The notes: generated by a model from the letters alone, not told the origin. Shown: positions 10,285-27,243, counted from the first letter of the stretch. The stretch is DNA of 64,000 bases from an uncultured Alphaproteobacteria bacterium (GCA_963700835.1 CAVOZD010000025.1:20960-84959); one strand, 5' to 3'. Translations and numbers: made by a program.

Positions 10285-11422
10285 CGGCTGCGTCGTCATC
10301 TGCGGCGGGGCGGCTGTCGGGGCTGCGGTCGCGTACTTCCTCGCCAGCCTGCGCCATCCCGGCCGGATCGTTCTGGTGGAGCGCGACCCGAGCTTCGCCA
10401 CCGCCGCGACGGCGCTCGCGGCCAGCGGCATCCGCCAGCAGTTCTCCGACCCGCTCAACGTGCGCATCTCGCAGCACGGGCTGGAGGTGATCCGCGCCTT
10501 CCGGCTCGATTTCCACGAGCACGGCTACCTGACGCTGGCCCGGCCGGGCGCGCAGGCCGAGGCGCTGCGCGCGGCGGTGGCGGCGCAGCGCGCCGCCGGC
10601 GCGGCGACCGAGCTTCTCGGGACGGACGCCATCGCCGCGCGCTTTCCGCATCTCGCCACCGGCGATCTGGCGCTCGCCGCCTTCGGGCCGCGCGGCGAGG
10701 GCTGGTTCGACAACATGGGGCTCCTCGCCGCCCTGCGCGACCGGGCGCGGGCGCTGGGCGTCGAGACCCTCCACGACGCGGTGGTCGGGCTCGATCTCGC
10801 CGGCGACCGCGTCGTCGCGGCGCGCCTCGCCTCCGGCGCGCGGCTGCCTTGCGCCCATCTGGTCAACGCCGCCGGCGGGGCGGGCGCCGAGGTGGCGGCG
10901 ATGGCGGGCGTGCGGCTGCCGGTGGAGCGGCGCAAGCGCACCGTCTTCCATTTCGAGACGGCCGAGCCGGTCCCGGCGCGGCATCCGCTGATGATCGAGC
11001 CCGGCGGGGTCTGGTGCCGGCCGGAGGGCCGCGGCTTCATCGCCGGCTGCGCGCCCGATCCCGACCCGGAGGTCGCCGCGGACGACTTCGAACCGCGCCA
11101 CGAGGAGTTCGAGGCGGTGGTCTGGCCGGCGCTCGCCGCGCGGTCGCGGCTCTTCGAGGCGCTGCGGCCCGGCCGCTTCTGGGCCGGGCACTACGACTTC
11201 AACACCTTCGACCAGAACGCCATCGTCGGCCCGCACCCGGTGATCGCCAACCTGCATCTCGCCAACGGCTTCTCCGGCCACGGGCTCCAGCAGGCCCCGG
11301 CCGTCGGCCGCGCGGTCGCGGAAGGCATCGCCTTCGGCCGCCAGGTCTCGCTCGACCTTTCGCCGCTCGGCTTCGGGCGCATCGCCGAGGGCCGGCCGGC
11401 GCGCGAGCGCGCGGTGGTATGA
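10271..11422 (+). CDS. FAD-dependent oxidoreductase (DAO/sarcosine-oxidase-beta-like)
   Basis: GGAAVG FAD motif, VERD, WAGHYD, ANGFSGHGLQQAP. Confidence 0.88.
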   Translation: MTRTDGCVVICGGAAVGAAVAYFLASLRHPGRIVLVERDPSFATAATALAASGIRQQFSDPLNVRISQHGLEVIRAFRLDFHEHGYLTLARPGAQAEALRAAVAAQRAAGAATELLGTDAIAARFPHLATGDLALAAFGPRGEGWFDNMGLLAALRDRARALGVETLHDAVVGLDLAGDRVVAARLASGARLPCAHLVNAAGGAGAEVAAMAGVRLPVERRKRTVFHFETAEPVPARHPLMIEPGGVWCRPEGRGFIAGCAPDPDPEVAADDFEPRHEEFEAVVWPALAARSRLFEALRPGRFWAGHYDFNTFDQNAIVGPHPVIANLHLANGFSGHGLQQAPAVGRAVAEGIAFGRQVSLDLSPLGFGRIAEGRPARERAVV

Positions 11423-11434
11423 CGGGCTGATCCG

Positions 11435-12133
11435 ATGGATGTCTTCGACCTGCTCTGGGCGAGCTGGCCCGCCGCAGAGGCCCGGCGGCTGGGATCCTGG
11501 ACGCTGCGACGCGGGGACGGCGGCGGCAACCGCGTCTCCGCGGCGACGCGCGACGGCCCGGACGCGGATCCGGCGCCCGCCGAGGCGGCCATGCGCGACT
11601 GGGGCCAGGCGCCGCTGTTCCTGATCCGTCCGGGCGAGGCGGCGCTCGACGCGACGCTGGCCGCGCGCGGCTGCGTCCGGGCCGATCCGACGCTGATCCT
11701 GACCGTCTCGGTCGCGGACATCCCCCCGCCCGCCGCGCTCGCCGCCATTCCCTGCGCCGCGCCGCTCGCCTGCATGGCCGAGATCTGGGACGCCGGCGGC
11801 GTCGGCCCGGCGCGTCGCGCGGTGATGGATCGCGCGCCCCTGCCGAAGACCTGGCTGCTGGGGCGGCTGGAGAACCGGCCCGCCGGCGCGGCCTTCGTCG
11901 CCGCGCGCGGCCCCGGGGCGATGCTGCACGCGCTCGAGGTCGCGCCCGCCGCGCGCCGCCGCGGGCTCGGGGCCGACATGGTCCGCGGCGCGGCGGCCTG
12001 GGCGGCGTCCCGGGGCGCGGCGACCCTCTGCGCCGCGGTCACCGAGGCCAACGCCCCCGCGCGCGCCCTCTACGCCGGGCTCGGCTTTCGCGAGGCGGCG
12101 CGGTATCATTACCGCCGTGCGCCGGAGGAGTGA
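11435..12133 (+). CDS. GNAT-family N-acetyltransferase
   Basis: VAPAARRRGLG acetyl-CoA motif; NAPARALYAGLGF. Confidence 0.85.
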   Translation: MDVFDLLWASWPAAEARRLGSWTLRRGDGGGNRVSAATRDGPDADPAPAEAAMRDWGQAPLFLIRPGEAALDATLAARGCVRADPTLILTVSVADIPPPAALAAIPCAAPLACMAEIWDAGGVGPARRAVMDRAPLPKTWLLGRLENRPAGAAFVAARGPGAMLHALEVAPAARRRGLGADMVRGAAAWAASRGAATLCAAVTEANAPARALYAGLGFREAARYHYRRAPEE

Positions 12134-12137
12134 GCCG

Positions 12138-12704
12138 TTGACCGACAGACCCACCGCTCTCGACCTCGCGCCGGTCGATCCCTTGCCGGAAGCGACCCGG
12201 CGGTACTTCGGACTCTGCGTCGAGAAGCTCGGCTTCGTGCCGAACGTGCTGCGCGCCTACGCCCACAGCATCGCCAAGCTCGACGCCTTCGCTGCGATGT
12301 ACAACGACCTGATGCTCGGCGAGAGCGGCCTGACGAAGCTCGAACGCGAGATGATCGCGGTGGTGGTTTCCGCCGAGAACCGCTGCCACTACTGCCTGGT
12401 GGCGCACGGGGCGGCGGTGCGCGCGCTGTCGGGCGATCCCGCGCTCGGCGAGGCGCTGGCGACCAACTACCGGGCCGCCACCCTAGACCCCCGCACCCGC
12501 GCGATGCTCGACTTCGCGGTGCGTGTGACCCGGGCCAGCGCCGAGATCGGCGAGACGGACCGCGACGCCCTGCGCGCCCATGGCCTGTCGGAGCGCGACA
12601 TCTGGGACGTGGCCTCGGTGGCGGCCTTCTTCAACATGAGCAACCGCATGGCCAGCGCCGTCGGCATGGTCCCCAACCCCGAATACCACGCCCAGGCCCG
12701 CTGA
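12138..12704 (+). CDS. peroxidase-related AhpD/CMD-family enzyme
   Basis: GFVPNV, EREMIAVVVSAENRCHYC; TTG start preceded by GGAGGAG. Confidence 0.88.
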   Translation: MTDRPTALDLAPVDPLPEATRRYFGLCVEKLGFVPNVLRAYAHSIAKLDAFAAMYNDLMLGESGLTKLEREMIAVVVSAENRCHYCLVAHGAAVRALSGDPALGEALATNYRAATLDPRTRAMLDFAVRVTRASAEIGETDRDALRAHGLSERDIWDVASVAAFFNMSNRMASAVGMVPNPEYHAQAR

Positions 12705-12719
12705 AGCCGCCGGGAGCGA

Positions 12720-13631
12720 TCACTCCGACCAGCGGTCGGGGTCCTGTCCGCGGAAATGCTCGGCGAGAAAGTCGATCAGCGCACGCAGCTTCGGCTGGGT
12801 GAACCGGCCCTCGGGGTAGAGCGCGAAGACCCCGATCGGCTCGGGGGCGTTGTCGGGCAGGACCTCGACCAGCCGCCCGCTCTCCAGCGCGTCCCCGAGG
12901 ATGAAGGCCGGCAGCATCGCGATCCCGAGCCCGACCTCCGCCGCCCGCATCAGGCTGTCGCCGTTGTTGGCCGTCAGGCGTCCGCCGACCCGCACCTGGC
13001 GCTCCTCGCCCGAGGGGCTGCGCAGCTTCCAGAAGTTGCCCGAGGCGAGATTGGTGTAGTGCAGCAGCTGGTGCCCGGAAAGCTCGTCGATCGACCGAGG
13101 CGCGCCGCGGCTGGCCAGATACTCCGGCGCGGCGACCAGCACGATGCGCGCCTCTGCGAGCTTGCGCGCCTTCAGCGAGCTGTCCTCGAGGCGCCCGACC
13201 CGGATCGCCATGTCGTAGCCCTCCGCGACCAGCTCGACGAACCGGTCGTCCAGGACCATGTTGATGTCGATCTCGGGGTAGGCGCACAGGAACCGCGCCA
13301 CCGCCGCCGAGAGCTGGTTGACCCCGAAGCTGACCGGGACCGAGACGCGCAGCGAGCCCTTGGGCGTCTCCTGCATCGCCGTGACCATCTCGTCGGCCGC
13401 GGCGGCGTCGTGCAGCACCGCCTGCGCCCGGTCGTAGTAGGCGAGGCCGATCTCGGTCGGGCTGACCCGCCGGGTGGTGCGGGTCAGCAGCCGCACCGCC
13501 AGCCGCTGCTCCAGCGACGAGACGTGCTTGGAGACCGCCGACTTCGAGATCCCCATCTTGCGCGCCGCGTCGGTGAAGCCGCCCTGGTCCACCACGGTCA
13601 CGAAGGCCTGCATCTCGGTCAGCCGGTCCAT
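12720..13631 (-). CDS. LysR-family regulator
   Basis: MDRLTEMQAF...GGFTDAARKMG...LLTRTTRRVSPTE. Confidence 0.93.
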   Translation of the reverse strand: MDRLTEMQAFVTVVDQGGFTDAARKMGISKSAVSKHVSSLEQRLAVRLLTRTTRRVSPTEIGLAYYDRAQAVLHDAAAADEMVTAMQETPKGSLRVSVPVSFGVNQLSAAVARFLCAYPEIDINMVLDDRFVELVAEGYDMAIRVGRLEDSSLKARKLAEARIVLVAAPEYLASRGAPRSIDELSGHQLLHYTNLASGNFWKLRSPSGEERQVRVGGRLTANNGDSLMRAAEVGLGIAMLPAFILGDALESGRLVEVLPDNAPEPIGVFALYPEGRFTQPKLRALIDFLAEHFRGQDPDRWSE

Positions 13632-13704
13632 GCGCCGCGCCCCTGCGTTTCCCGAATCACGGAAAAAGGGACTATTCCGCGTCAATTGTCGGCGGGCAAG
13701 AGGC

Positions 13705-14277
13705 TTAGCAGCCCTGCAGCTGGCGCTCGTAGGTCACCGCCCATGCCTGCACGTCGCGCGCCACCGGGGGCAGCCAGCTCTTCTTGTTGTAGCTGCCGCG
13801 GGCGAAGCCGGTCTTGCCTTCGTGATAGGCCAGGTACTGGTTGTAGGCGTCATGCAGCGGCACGCCGTTCACGCGGCTGTTCTGATGCATGTACCAGCCG
13901 ATGAAGTCGGAGGCGTCGGCGAAGTCGGTCCGGTCCGCTCGACGTCGTCCCGTGCTCTCCATGTAGCCTTCCCAGGTGCCGTCGAGAGCCTGCGCAAAGC
14001 CGTAGGCGCTTGACCGCGGCACCTCGCGCTTGAAGGGGCCCCAGCCGACCTCCCGCATCGGACGGGCATCGTGCTGGAAGCTCGATTCCCGCGCGATCGT
14101 GGCCAGCTGGACCGAGACCGGCACGCCCCACTTGTCCTCGGTCCGCTCCATCGCCTTGAACCACTGGGGCCGCTCCGCCTGCATCCTGCACGCGTCCGCG
14201 ACGGTGCTGGGCGGCTTGTTGCCGCCGGAACAAGATGCAAGGATCACGACGGCCGTCGCCAATACGATATGCCGCAT
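13705..14277 (-). CDS. lytic-transglycosylase-like (SLT) lipoprotein
   Basis: Lipobox ILASC; IARESSF, SSAYGFAQALDGTW, YLAYHEG. Confidence 0.85.
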   Translation of the reverse strand: MRHIVLATAVVILASCSGGNKPPSTVADACRMQAERPQWFKAMERTEDKWGVPVSVQLATIARESSFQHDARPMREVGWGPFKREVPRSSAYGFAQALDGTWEGYMESTGRRRADRTDFADASDFIGWYMHQNSRVNGVPLHDAYNQYLAYHEGKTGFARGSYNKKSWLPPVARDVQAWAVTYERQLQGC

Positions 14278-14426
14278 GCGCCTGTACCCGTAGATTGTTA
14301 CTGCTCGCTCGCGTGTCTTTTCGCACGTCACGGGCATGATGGTCGCAAATGGGCCGAAAAAGCAAGCTTTTCGGGACCGATAGGCCAAATTCGACGAACT
14401 TTCCGCCAGGCTGCGGCGTCCGGGCC

Positions 14427-15011
14427 TCAGGGATCGATGCGGATCCGGCCGGCGACCGCCACGGCGCCGTCGGCCCCGACGTCGAGCGCCACGATCTCGC
14501 CCGAGGCCGGTCCGACGCCGGTGAGCGCGGTGATGTTGACCTGGTGGGTGACGAAGAGAGTTCGCCCGTCTGCCTCGCCTCCGGCGATGAACGCGGCCAG
14601 CGCCCGGGTCTGCTCCGGGCCCGCCGCGCGGTCGCCAAAGAACGAGTTCACGATCGGCAGCGGCGTCACCGGACCGACGTCGAGCAGTTCCGCCGTCTCC
14701 AGGCAGCGGCACCACTGGCTCGAATAGACCCGCTCGAAGACGACGCCGCGCGCCCGCAGTTCCGCGCCGATGGCCCGCGCCTGCGCGCGGCCCGCCGCGT
14801 CGAGGTTGCGCTGGGTGGCGCAGTCGCCGAGCGTGAAATCCGCCGGATCGCCGGTCCCCGGGGCGCGGGCGTGGCGCATCACCGCCACCGCGCCGGGACG
14901 CGCGAGCGCCGCCCAACCGGCCTCGTCCGCGCCGGCCGGCCGACCGGCGGACACGACCGCCGCCAGACCCGCGGCCACCAGCAGAAGACGTCTCGTCGCG
15001 CGCGCTTGCAT
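14427..15011 (-). CDS. histidine phosphatase family protein, exported
   Basis: MRHARAPG, QRNLD, SSQWCRCLETA, VTHQVN; signal-peptide-like N-terminus. Confidence 0.85.
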   Translation of the reverse strand: MQARATRRLLLVAAGLAAVVSAGRPAGADEAGWAALARPGAVAVMRHARAPGTGDPADFTLGDCATQRNLDAAGRAQARAIGAELRARGVVFERVYSSQWCRCLETAELLDVGPVTPLPIVNSFFGDRAAGPEQTRALAAFIAGGEADGRTLFVTHQVNITALTGVGPASGEIVALDVGADGAVAVAGRIRIDP

Positions 15012-15064
15012 CCCGTTCTCCTCACCGATCGAGATAGGCCGCCCGCCGGCGGCGTCGCGTCGCT

Positions 15065-15946
15065 TCAGAGAAAGAACGCGATCGTGAGGGGGATGGCGAT
15101 CACCGAGATCAGCGTCGAGACCACCACCAGGCCCGCTACCTGGTCGGCCTGGGCCTTGTACTTGGCCGCCAGCATGTAGGACGTCACCGCGACCGGCATC
15201 GAGACCTGGAGCACCAGCACCCCGAGCGCCAGCCGCGGCAGCCCCATCCAGAGCCCGATCGCCAGCGGCGCCGCGATGCAGAGCCCGAGCTTGAGCGCGC
15301 AGATCACCACGGCCCGGCCGAGCGCGCGCGGCTGGAGCCGCGAGATCGCCACCCCGAGCGTGATCAGCATCAGCGGGATCGCCACCTGGCCCATCATGTC
15401 GAGCGTGTTTCCGAGCCAGACCGGCACCGTCCAGCCCGCCAGCATGAAGACGAGCCCGAGGATCGAGGCCCAGACGATCGGCTCACGGAACGCGGTGAGC
15501 GGAGAGCCGCCGCCGGCAACCACCCAGAGCCCGAAGGTGAAGCTCATCAGCGCCATGACCGCGAAGATCACCACGGCGAAGTCGAAGCCCTGCTGGCCGA
15601 AGGCGAACAGCGCCAGCGGCAGGCCGATGTTGCCGGTGTTGCCGAAGGTGATCGGCGCCCAGAAGGTCGGAACGTCGAGCCCCACGATCGCCACGAACGC
15701 CCAGGCGACGAGGCCGATCACCGCGTAGGCGGCGATAGCGGCGAGCGCGGTGTCGCGCAGCACCAGCGGATCGACCTCCGAGCGCATCAGGGCCATGAAG
15801 ACCAGGCAGGGCAGGCCGAGCGTCATCGACAGGCGCGTGACGAACTCCACGTCGTAGTTGAGCCCCATGCGGACCCAGAGGTAGCCGGCTGCCGCAAGCG
15901 CGAACACGGGGGCCACGATCTGGACAACCTGCAACAGGAGCGCCAT
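15065..15946 (-). CDS. AEC-family transporter
   Basis: About 10 hydrophobic segments; FGNTGNIGLPL, MPVAVTSY. Confidence 0.88.
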   Translation of the reverse strand: MALLLQVVQIVAPVFALAAAGYLWVRMGLNYDVEFVTRLSMTLGLPCLVFMALMRSEVDPLVLRDTALAAIAAYAVIGLVAWAFVAIVGLDVPTFWAPITFGNTGNIGLPLALFAFGQQGFDFAVVIFAVMALMSFTFGLWVVAGGGSPLTAFREPIVWASILGLVFMLAGWTVPVWLGNTLDMMGQVAIPLMLITLGVAISRLQPRALGRAVVICALKLGLCIAAPLAIGLWMGLPRLALGVLVLQVSMPVAVTSYMLAAKYKAQADQVAGLVVVSTLISVIAIPLTIAFFL

Positions 15947-15956
15947 CTCTGAACCG

Positions 15957-15972
15957 TTAACCCAACCCTAAC
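15957..15972. promoter_or_regulatory. possible CtrA-like box
   Basis: TTAA-cccaacc-CTAAC against consensus TTAA-N7-TTAAC, one mismatch, between divergent genes. Confidence 0.3.
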
Positions 15973-16062
15973 GCGCTGCGCCGCGGTCTGTCCCGGAATG
16001 TGGACATTAAGTCAACCGCGGAATATCATGCAGTGCGGTACGTTGTGCGCGGGAGTGTTGAG

Positions 16063-16392
16063 ATGCAGGAGGCTTTGGCGAAATTCGCGCTGGGTCAGGT
16101 GGTCCGCCACCGCATCCATGCGTTTCGCGGCGTGATCTTCGACGTGGATCCGACGTTCAGCAACACCGACGAATGGTGGGAGTCGATCCCCGAGGACAGC
16201 CGGCCGCGCAAGGACCAGCCGTTCTATCACCTGCTCGCCGAGAACGAGACGTCCTACTACGTCGCCTACGTCTCCGAGCAGAACCTGGTCTGCGACGACA
16301 CCGGCGAGCCGGTGGACCATCCGGAGGTGTCCTCGATGTTCGGCCCGCTGCGCGACGGCGGCCGCTACGACATGGACGGCCACCTGCACTGA
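16063..16392 (+). CDS. hspQ: heat shock protein HspQ
   Basis: AKFALGQVVRHR...FRGVIFDVDPTF...QPFYHLLAEN...YVSEQNL. Confidence 0.92.
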   Translation: MQEALAKFALGQVVRHRIHAFRGVIFDVDPTFSNTDEWWESIPEDSRPRKDQPFYHLLAENETSYYVAYVSEQNLVCDDTGEPVDHPEVSSMFGPLRDGGRYDMDGHLH

Positions 16393-16419
16393 TGCCCGCC
16401 AGCGCCCCCGGCGGGCGCG

Positions 16420-18003
16420 TCAGTACCCGATGGCGCAGCCGTCCTTTCGCGGATCGCTCGCCCCGATCAGCACGCCGTCCTCCGCGTCGATCACGATCGC
16501 CTGCGCCCCGCCGAGCGGGGTCGCGCGACGCACGACCCGGTGGCCGCGCCGTTCGAGGTCCTCGGCCACGGCGGCCGCGTAGCCGGTCTCCAGCTCCAGC
16601 ACGCCGTTCCGGGCAAAGCTGCGCGGCGCGTCGATCGCCGCCTGCGGGTCCATGGCGAAGTCCACGAGGTTGCTGATGAGCCGCATGTGGCCCGCCGGCT
16701 GGTAGGCGCCGCCCATCACCCCGAAGGGCATGGCCAGACGCCCGTCGCGGCGCAGCATCGCCGGGATGATCGTGTGCAGAGGCCGCTTGCCGCCGCCGGC
16801 CTCGTTGACGTGGCCGGGGATCAGGTTGAACCCCGCGCCGCGGTCGTGGAAGAGCACGCCGAACTTCGGCGAGGCGATGCCCGAGCCGAAGGCGCTGAAG
16901 ATCGAATAGATCATCGAGACCGCCATCCGGTCGGCGTCGACCACGGTCAGATAGACCGTGTCGCGATGCAGCGCCTCAGTCGCCGCCGGCGGATCGGGCA
17001 GGGCGCGGTCGGGCGCGATCAGGTCCGCCAGCGCCGCGGCGGTGGCGTCGGAGAGCATGTGATCGAGCCGCAGCGGGGCCCGGGTCGGGTCGCCGACAAA
17101 GCGGTCGCGGGCGTCATAGGCGAGCTTCACCGCCTCCGCCTCCAGATGCGCGCGCGCGGCCCCGAGCGGATCGAGTCCGGCGAGGTCGAGGCAGGCGAGG
17201 ATGCGGGCCAGCAGGATCGCCGTCGCGCCCTGTCCGTTGGGCGGGATCTCGACCAGTTCCCAGCCGCGGTAGGGGCCGGAAATCGGCTCGACGTAGTCGC
17301 AGGACGCGGTCGCGAAGTCCTCGAGCGTGTGCGCGCCGCCCAGCGCCCGCAGCGCGCCCACCATGTCCTCGGCCGCCTCGCCCTCGTAGAAGGCCGACCG
17401 GCCCTCCGCCGCGATCCTGCGCAGGAGCGCGGCCTGCGCCGGCGCGCGGAACGTCTCGCCCGCGCGCAAGGCCCGGCCGTCGCGCAGGAAGTGCCCGCGC
17501 GCCGCGCCCTTGAGCGTCGAGGCGGCGTCCGCCCAGTCGGCCGCGGTGCGGGGTGCGACCGCTACCCCCTCTTCGGCGTAGCGTATCGCCGGGCCGAGGC
17601 TCGCGGCCAGCCCCAGGCGGCCCCAGTCGGCGGAGAGCCGGGCGAAGGCGTCCACCGCGCCCGGAACCGTGACCGCGTCGGGCGCGCCCTCGGGCATCGC
17701 CGTCGCCCCCCCGGCGCGCAGCGCCTCCGGATCGAGGCCGGCCGGCGCGCGTCCCGACCCGTTGAGCGCCACCAGCCGCTCCGAGCCGGCGGGCTTGACC
17801 AGCGCGAAGAGGTCGCCGCCCAGCCCGCACATCGGCGGCTCGCAGAACCCCAGCAGGACCGCCGCGCCGATGGCGGCGTCAACGGCGTTGCCGCCCGACT
17901 GCATCAGCGAGACCGCCGCCTGCGCCGCCAGGGGATGCGACGTGGCGCACATGCCGTTCCGCGCGTAGACCATCGACCGGCCCGGACTCTGGAAATCCCG
18001 CAT
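16420..18003 (-). CDS. ggt: gamma-glutamyltransferase family protein
   Basis: GGNAVDAAI, NGSGRAP, HRDTVYLTVVD (catalytic Thr), KRPLHTIIP, SDPRKDG. Confidence 0.92.
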   Translation of the reverse strand: MRDFQSPGRSMVYARNGMCATSHPLAAQAAVSLMQSGGNAVDAAIGAAVLLGFCEPPMCGLGGDLFALVKPAGSERLVALNGSGRAPAGLDPEALRAGGATAMPEGAPDAVTVPGAVDAFARLSADWGRLGLAASLGPAIRYAEEGVAVAPRTAADWADAASTLKGAARGHFLRDGRALRAGETFRAPAQAALLRRIAAEGRSAFYEGEAAEDMVGALRALGGAHTLEDFATASCDYVEPISGPYRGWELVEIPPNGQGATAILLARILACLDLAGLDPLGAARAHLEAEAVKLAYDARDRFVGDPTRAPLRLDHMLSDATAAALADLIAPDRALPDPPAATEALHRDTVYLTVVDADRMAVSMIYSIFSAFGSGIASPKFGVLFHDRGAGFNLIPGHVNEAGGGKRPLHTIIPAMLRRDGRLAMPFGVMGGAYQPAGHMRLISNLVDFAMDPQAAIDAPRSFARNGVLELETGYAAAVAEDLERRGHRVVRRATPLGGAQAIVIDAEDGVLIGASDPRKDGCAIGY

Positions 18004-18107
18004 GGCGCTCTCCTGATGACGCCGAGATAGAAGCCGGTCCGACGCCTTTAGGCAACCGCCCCCTCGGCGCTTGCCAAGCAGGCCGCGGGCGGGCCATTCT
18101 GACAGCG

Positions 18108-18446
18108 ATGACGCAGCTTACGGACGCCGCACACGGGATCGTCGCGCAGGAGCGGGTGAGCTTTCACCGTTCCGAGCTTGCGGTCATTCTCGGGCTCTAC
18201 GGGCGGATGGTGGCAGCCGGGATCTGGCGCGACTACGGCATCTCCATGCTGCGCGACGTGGCGGTATTCTCGGTCTTCCGCCACACCGCCGAGCACCCGA
18301 TCTACCGGATCGAGAAGCGCCCCAGCCTCGTCAACCGCCAGGGCCAGTACGCGGTCGTGGGCATGGATGGACGCATCCTGCGCCGCGGCGCAGACCTGCG
18401 CACGGTGCTGCGCATCCTCGAGCGAAAGCTGATCCGCGCGGTCTGA
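18108..18446 (+). CDS. DUF2794-family protein
   Basis: FHRSELAVILGLYGRMVAAGIWRDY...FSVFRHTAEHPIYRIEK. Confidence 0.85.
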   Translation: MTQLTDAAHGIVAQERVSFHRSELAVILGLYGRMVAAGIWRDYGISMLRDVAVFSVFRHTAEHPIYRIEKRPSLVNRQGQYAVVGMDGRILRRGADLRTVLRILERKLIRAV

Positions 18447-18477
18447 CCGGGAGCGGCGTCGCCCCCGGCCTGTCGCA

Positions 18478-20802
<2,325 letters not shown>

Positions 20803-21004
20803 ACTCCGCGTCCTTCCGGTGTGTGCTCGCCAGCTCGGGGGCGGCCGACGAGGGCAGGAAACCTACTCCTACAGCTTACGCGTTAAACTTCGGTTTTATT
20901 CTGCGTCCTTCAAGGGCGATTATGGACGCGGCCGGTGGAGAGCGCAAAAAAATAAGCGTCTTCAGGCCCAAAAAATCAAAATGTGATTACCGATCGGGCA
21001 TTCC

Positions 21005-21772
21005 TCAGAACGCGTCCTTGCGCCGGCGCAGCTCCGCGAAAGCCTGCGCGTCCGCGGCGCCCGCGAGGCCAAGCCGCGCCTTTATCGCCGGATCCACCGC
21101 GCGCAGGAACGGATTGGTCGCCAGCTCCTCCTCGAGCGAGGATGGAACCGTGGGCTCGCCCGCCGCCCGCGCGGCCCGGATCGCCGCGATCCGCGCTTGG
21201 AGGCGCGGGTTGTCCGCGTCCACCGTCGCTGCGAACCGGGCGTTCGCCTCGGTGTATTCGTGCCCGGAATAGACCTTCGTCCCCTGCGGCAGCCTCGCGA
21301 GCTTGCTCAGGCTCTCCCACATCCGATCGGCGGTTCCCTCGAACAGCCGACCGCAGCCCATCGCCATCAGGCTGTCGGCGGTGAAGACTGCGTCCGCCGC
21401 GGGGAAATGATAGGCGACATGCCCGATCGTGTGGCCGGATACGTCGATCACCTCCGCCGCGCTCTCGCCGAGCGCAACCGTGTCGCCCTCCGCCACGGCG
21501 ACATCGAGCGGCGGCAACCGGGCCGCGTCCGCCGCCGCGCCGACCACCTGCGCGCCGGTGGCCGCCCGCAGCGCCTCGACGCCGTCGATGTGGTCGCCGT
21601 GATGGTGGGTGATCAGGATCAGATCGAGCCCCCAGCCCCGCGCGTCGAGCGCCGCGCGGATCGGACCCGCCTCCGGCGCGTCCACCAGCCCGACCGCGCC
21701 CGTGGCCGCGTCGCGAAGCAGATAAGCGTAGTTGTCCCGAAGACAGGGAACGGTGATGATCTCGAGCGTCAT
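21005..21772 (-). CDS. gloB: hydroxyacylglutathione hydrolase
   Basis: DNYAYL, THHHGDHIDG, GHTIGH, GCGRLFEG, GHEYT. Confidence 0.95.
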   Translation of the reverse strand: MTLEIITVPCLRDNYAYLLRDAATGAVGLVDAPEAGPIRAALDARGWGLDLILITHHHGDHIDGVEALRAATGAQVVGAAADAARLPPLDVAVAEGDTVALGESAAEVIDVSGHTIGHVAYHFPAADAVFTADSLMAMGCGRLFEGTADRMWESLSKLARLPQGTKVYSGHEYTEANARFAATVDADNPRLQARIAAIRAARAAGEPTVPSSLEEELATNPFLRAVDPAIKARLGLAGAADAQAFAELRRRKDAF

Positions 21773-21830
21773 GGATCCGCCTCTCTGGAACGCCTTGGCG
21801 GCAGTGTGTCGAATTGGCTAGGGTCGCGCA

Positions 21831-22622
21831 ATGCATCTGGACGTTCGCGACCTGCGCGCCTTCTACTACCGGACCAACCTCGGCCGGTCGGCGCAGCGCG
21901 CGCTGCAGGGAGCGGTGGCGGGGCTTTGGGCCTCCACGCCAGGGATGACCGTGGTCGGCTTCGGCTTCGCCACGCCGCTGATGCGGCCCTTCCTCGCCGA
22001 CAGCGCCCGGCTGATCGCGCTGATGCCGGGCCAGCAGGGGGTGATGCGCTGGCCGCCCAGCGAACCCAACGTCTGCGCGCTCGTCGACGAGACCCGCTGG
22101 CCGCTCGAGGCGAGTTCGGTCGACCGCATCCTCGTCGCGCACGGTCTGGAGACCTGCGAGCGCCCCGACGCGCTGCTGGCCGAGATCTGGCGGGTGCTGG
22201 CGCCGGGCGGCCGGGCGATCTTCATCGTGCCCAACCGCTCGGGCATCTGGGCCCGCCGCGACGCGACCCCCTTCGGCGTCGGGCGCCCCTACAGCTTCGG
22301 ACAGCTCGAGGCGATCCTGCGCCGGCAGCGCCTCGAGCCCGAGCGCCACGCCGCGGCGCTCTACGCCCCGCCGTCGCACCGCCGCTTCTGGCTCCAGACC
22401 AGCCATGTCTGGGAGCGGCTCGGGCGGAGATTCGACGCCCGGTTCATGGCCGGGGCGCTCCTGGTGGAGGCCTCCAAGCAGGTCTATGCCCGCCCGCCCG
22501 AAACCGGGTCGCGGGTGACGGTTCCAAGCCCGCTCGACGTGCTCGAGGGCTTCGCCGGACCCAAGCCGGAACCGGTCGCTCAGCGCCGCGGCGACGCCCG
22601 GGAACGCCGCTCGAAACGCTGA
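21831..22622 (+). CDS. class I SAM-dependent methyltransferase
   Basis: MHLDVRDLRAFY, GFGFATP, EIWRVLAPGGR; usual position divergent from gloB. Confidence 0.85.
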   Translation: MHLDVRDLRAFYYRTNLGRSAQRALQGAVAGLWASTPGMTVVGFGFATPLMRPFLADSARLIALMPGQQGVMRWPPSEPNVCALVDETRWPLEASSVDRILVAHGLETCERPDALLAEIWRVLAPGGRAIFIVPNRSGIWARRDATPFGVGRPYSFGQLEAILRRQRLEPERHAAALYAPPSHRRFWLQTSHVWERLGRRFDARFMAGALLVEASKQVYARPPETGSRVTVPSPLDVLEGFAGPKPEPVAQRRGDARERRSKR

Positions 22623-22787
22623 TCCGGACCGCGTTCGGCAAGGCGTTTTCGGGGCGGGCATCAATGTATTGCCATGCAGCATGGCCGGTGTTATCACCGC
22701 GCCGGTTTCGAGGGGGACGGTCTGTCTGGACCCGGATCATGCATTGATCGCCCCGGGGGGCTCGGTGCTTCAGACGGAAGGGTGTTC

Positions 22788-27224
<4,437 letters not shown>

Positions 27225-27243
27225 TCCGAAAGGGGCCCCGCAC

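Noticed and set aside
20803-21004. No clpS next to clpA
   Set aside because: Separation of clpS from clpA is, to my knowledge, not unusual in this group; no relic seen.
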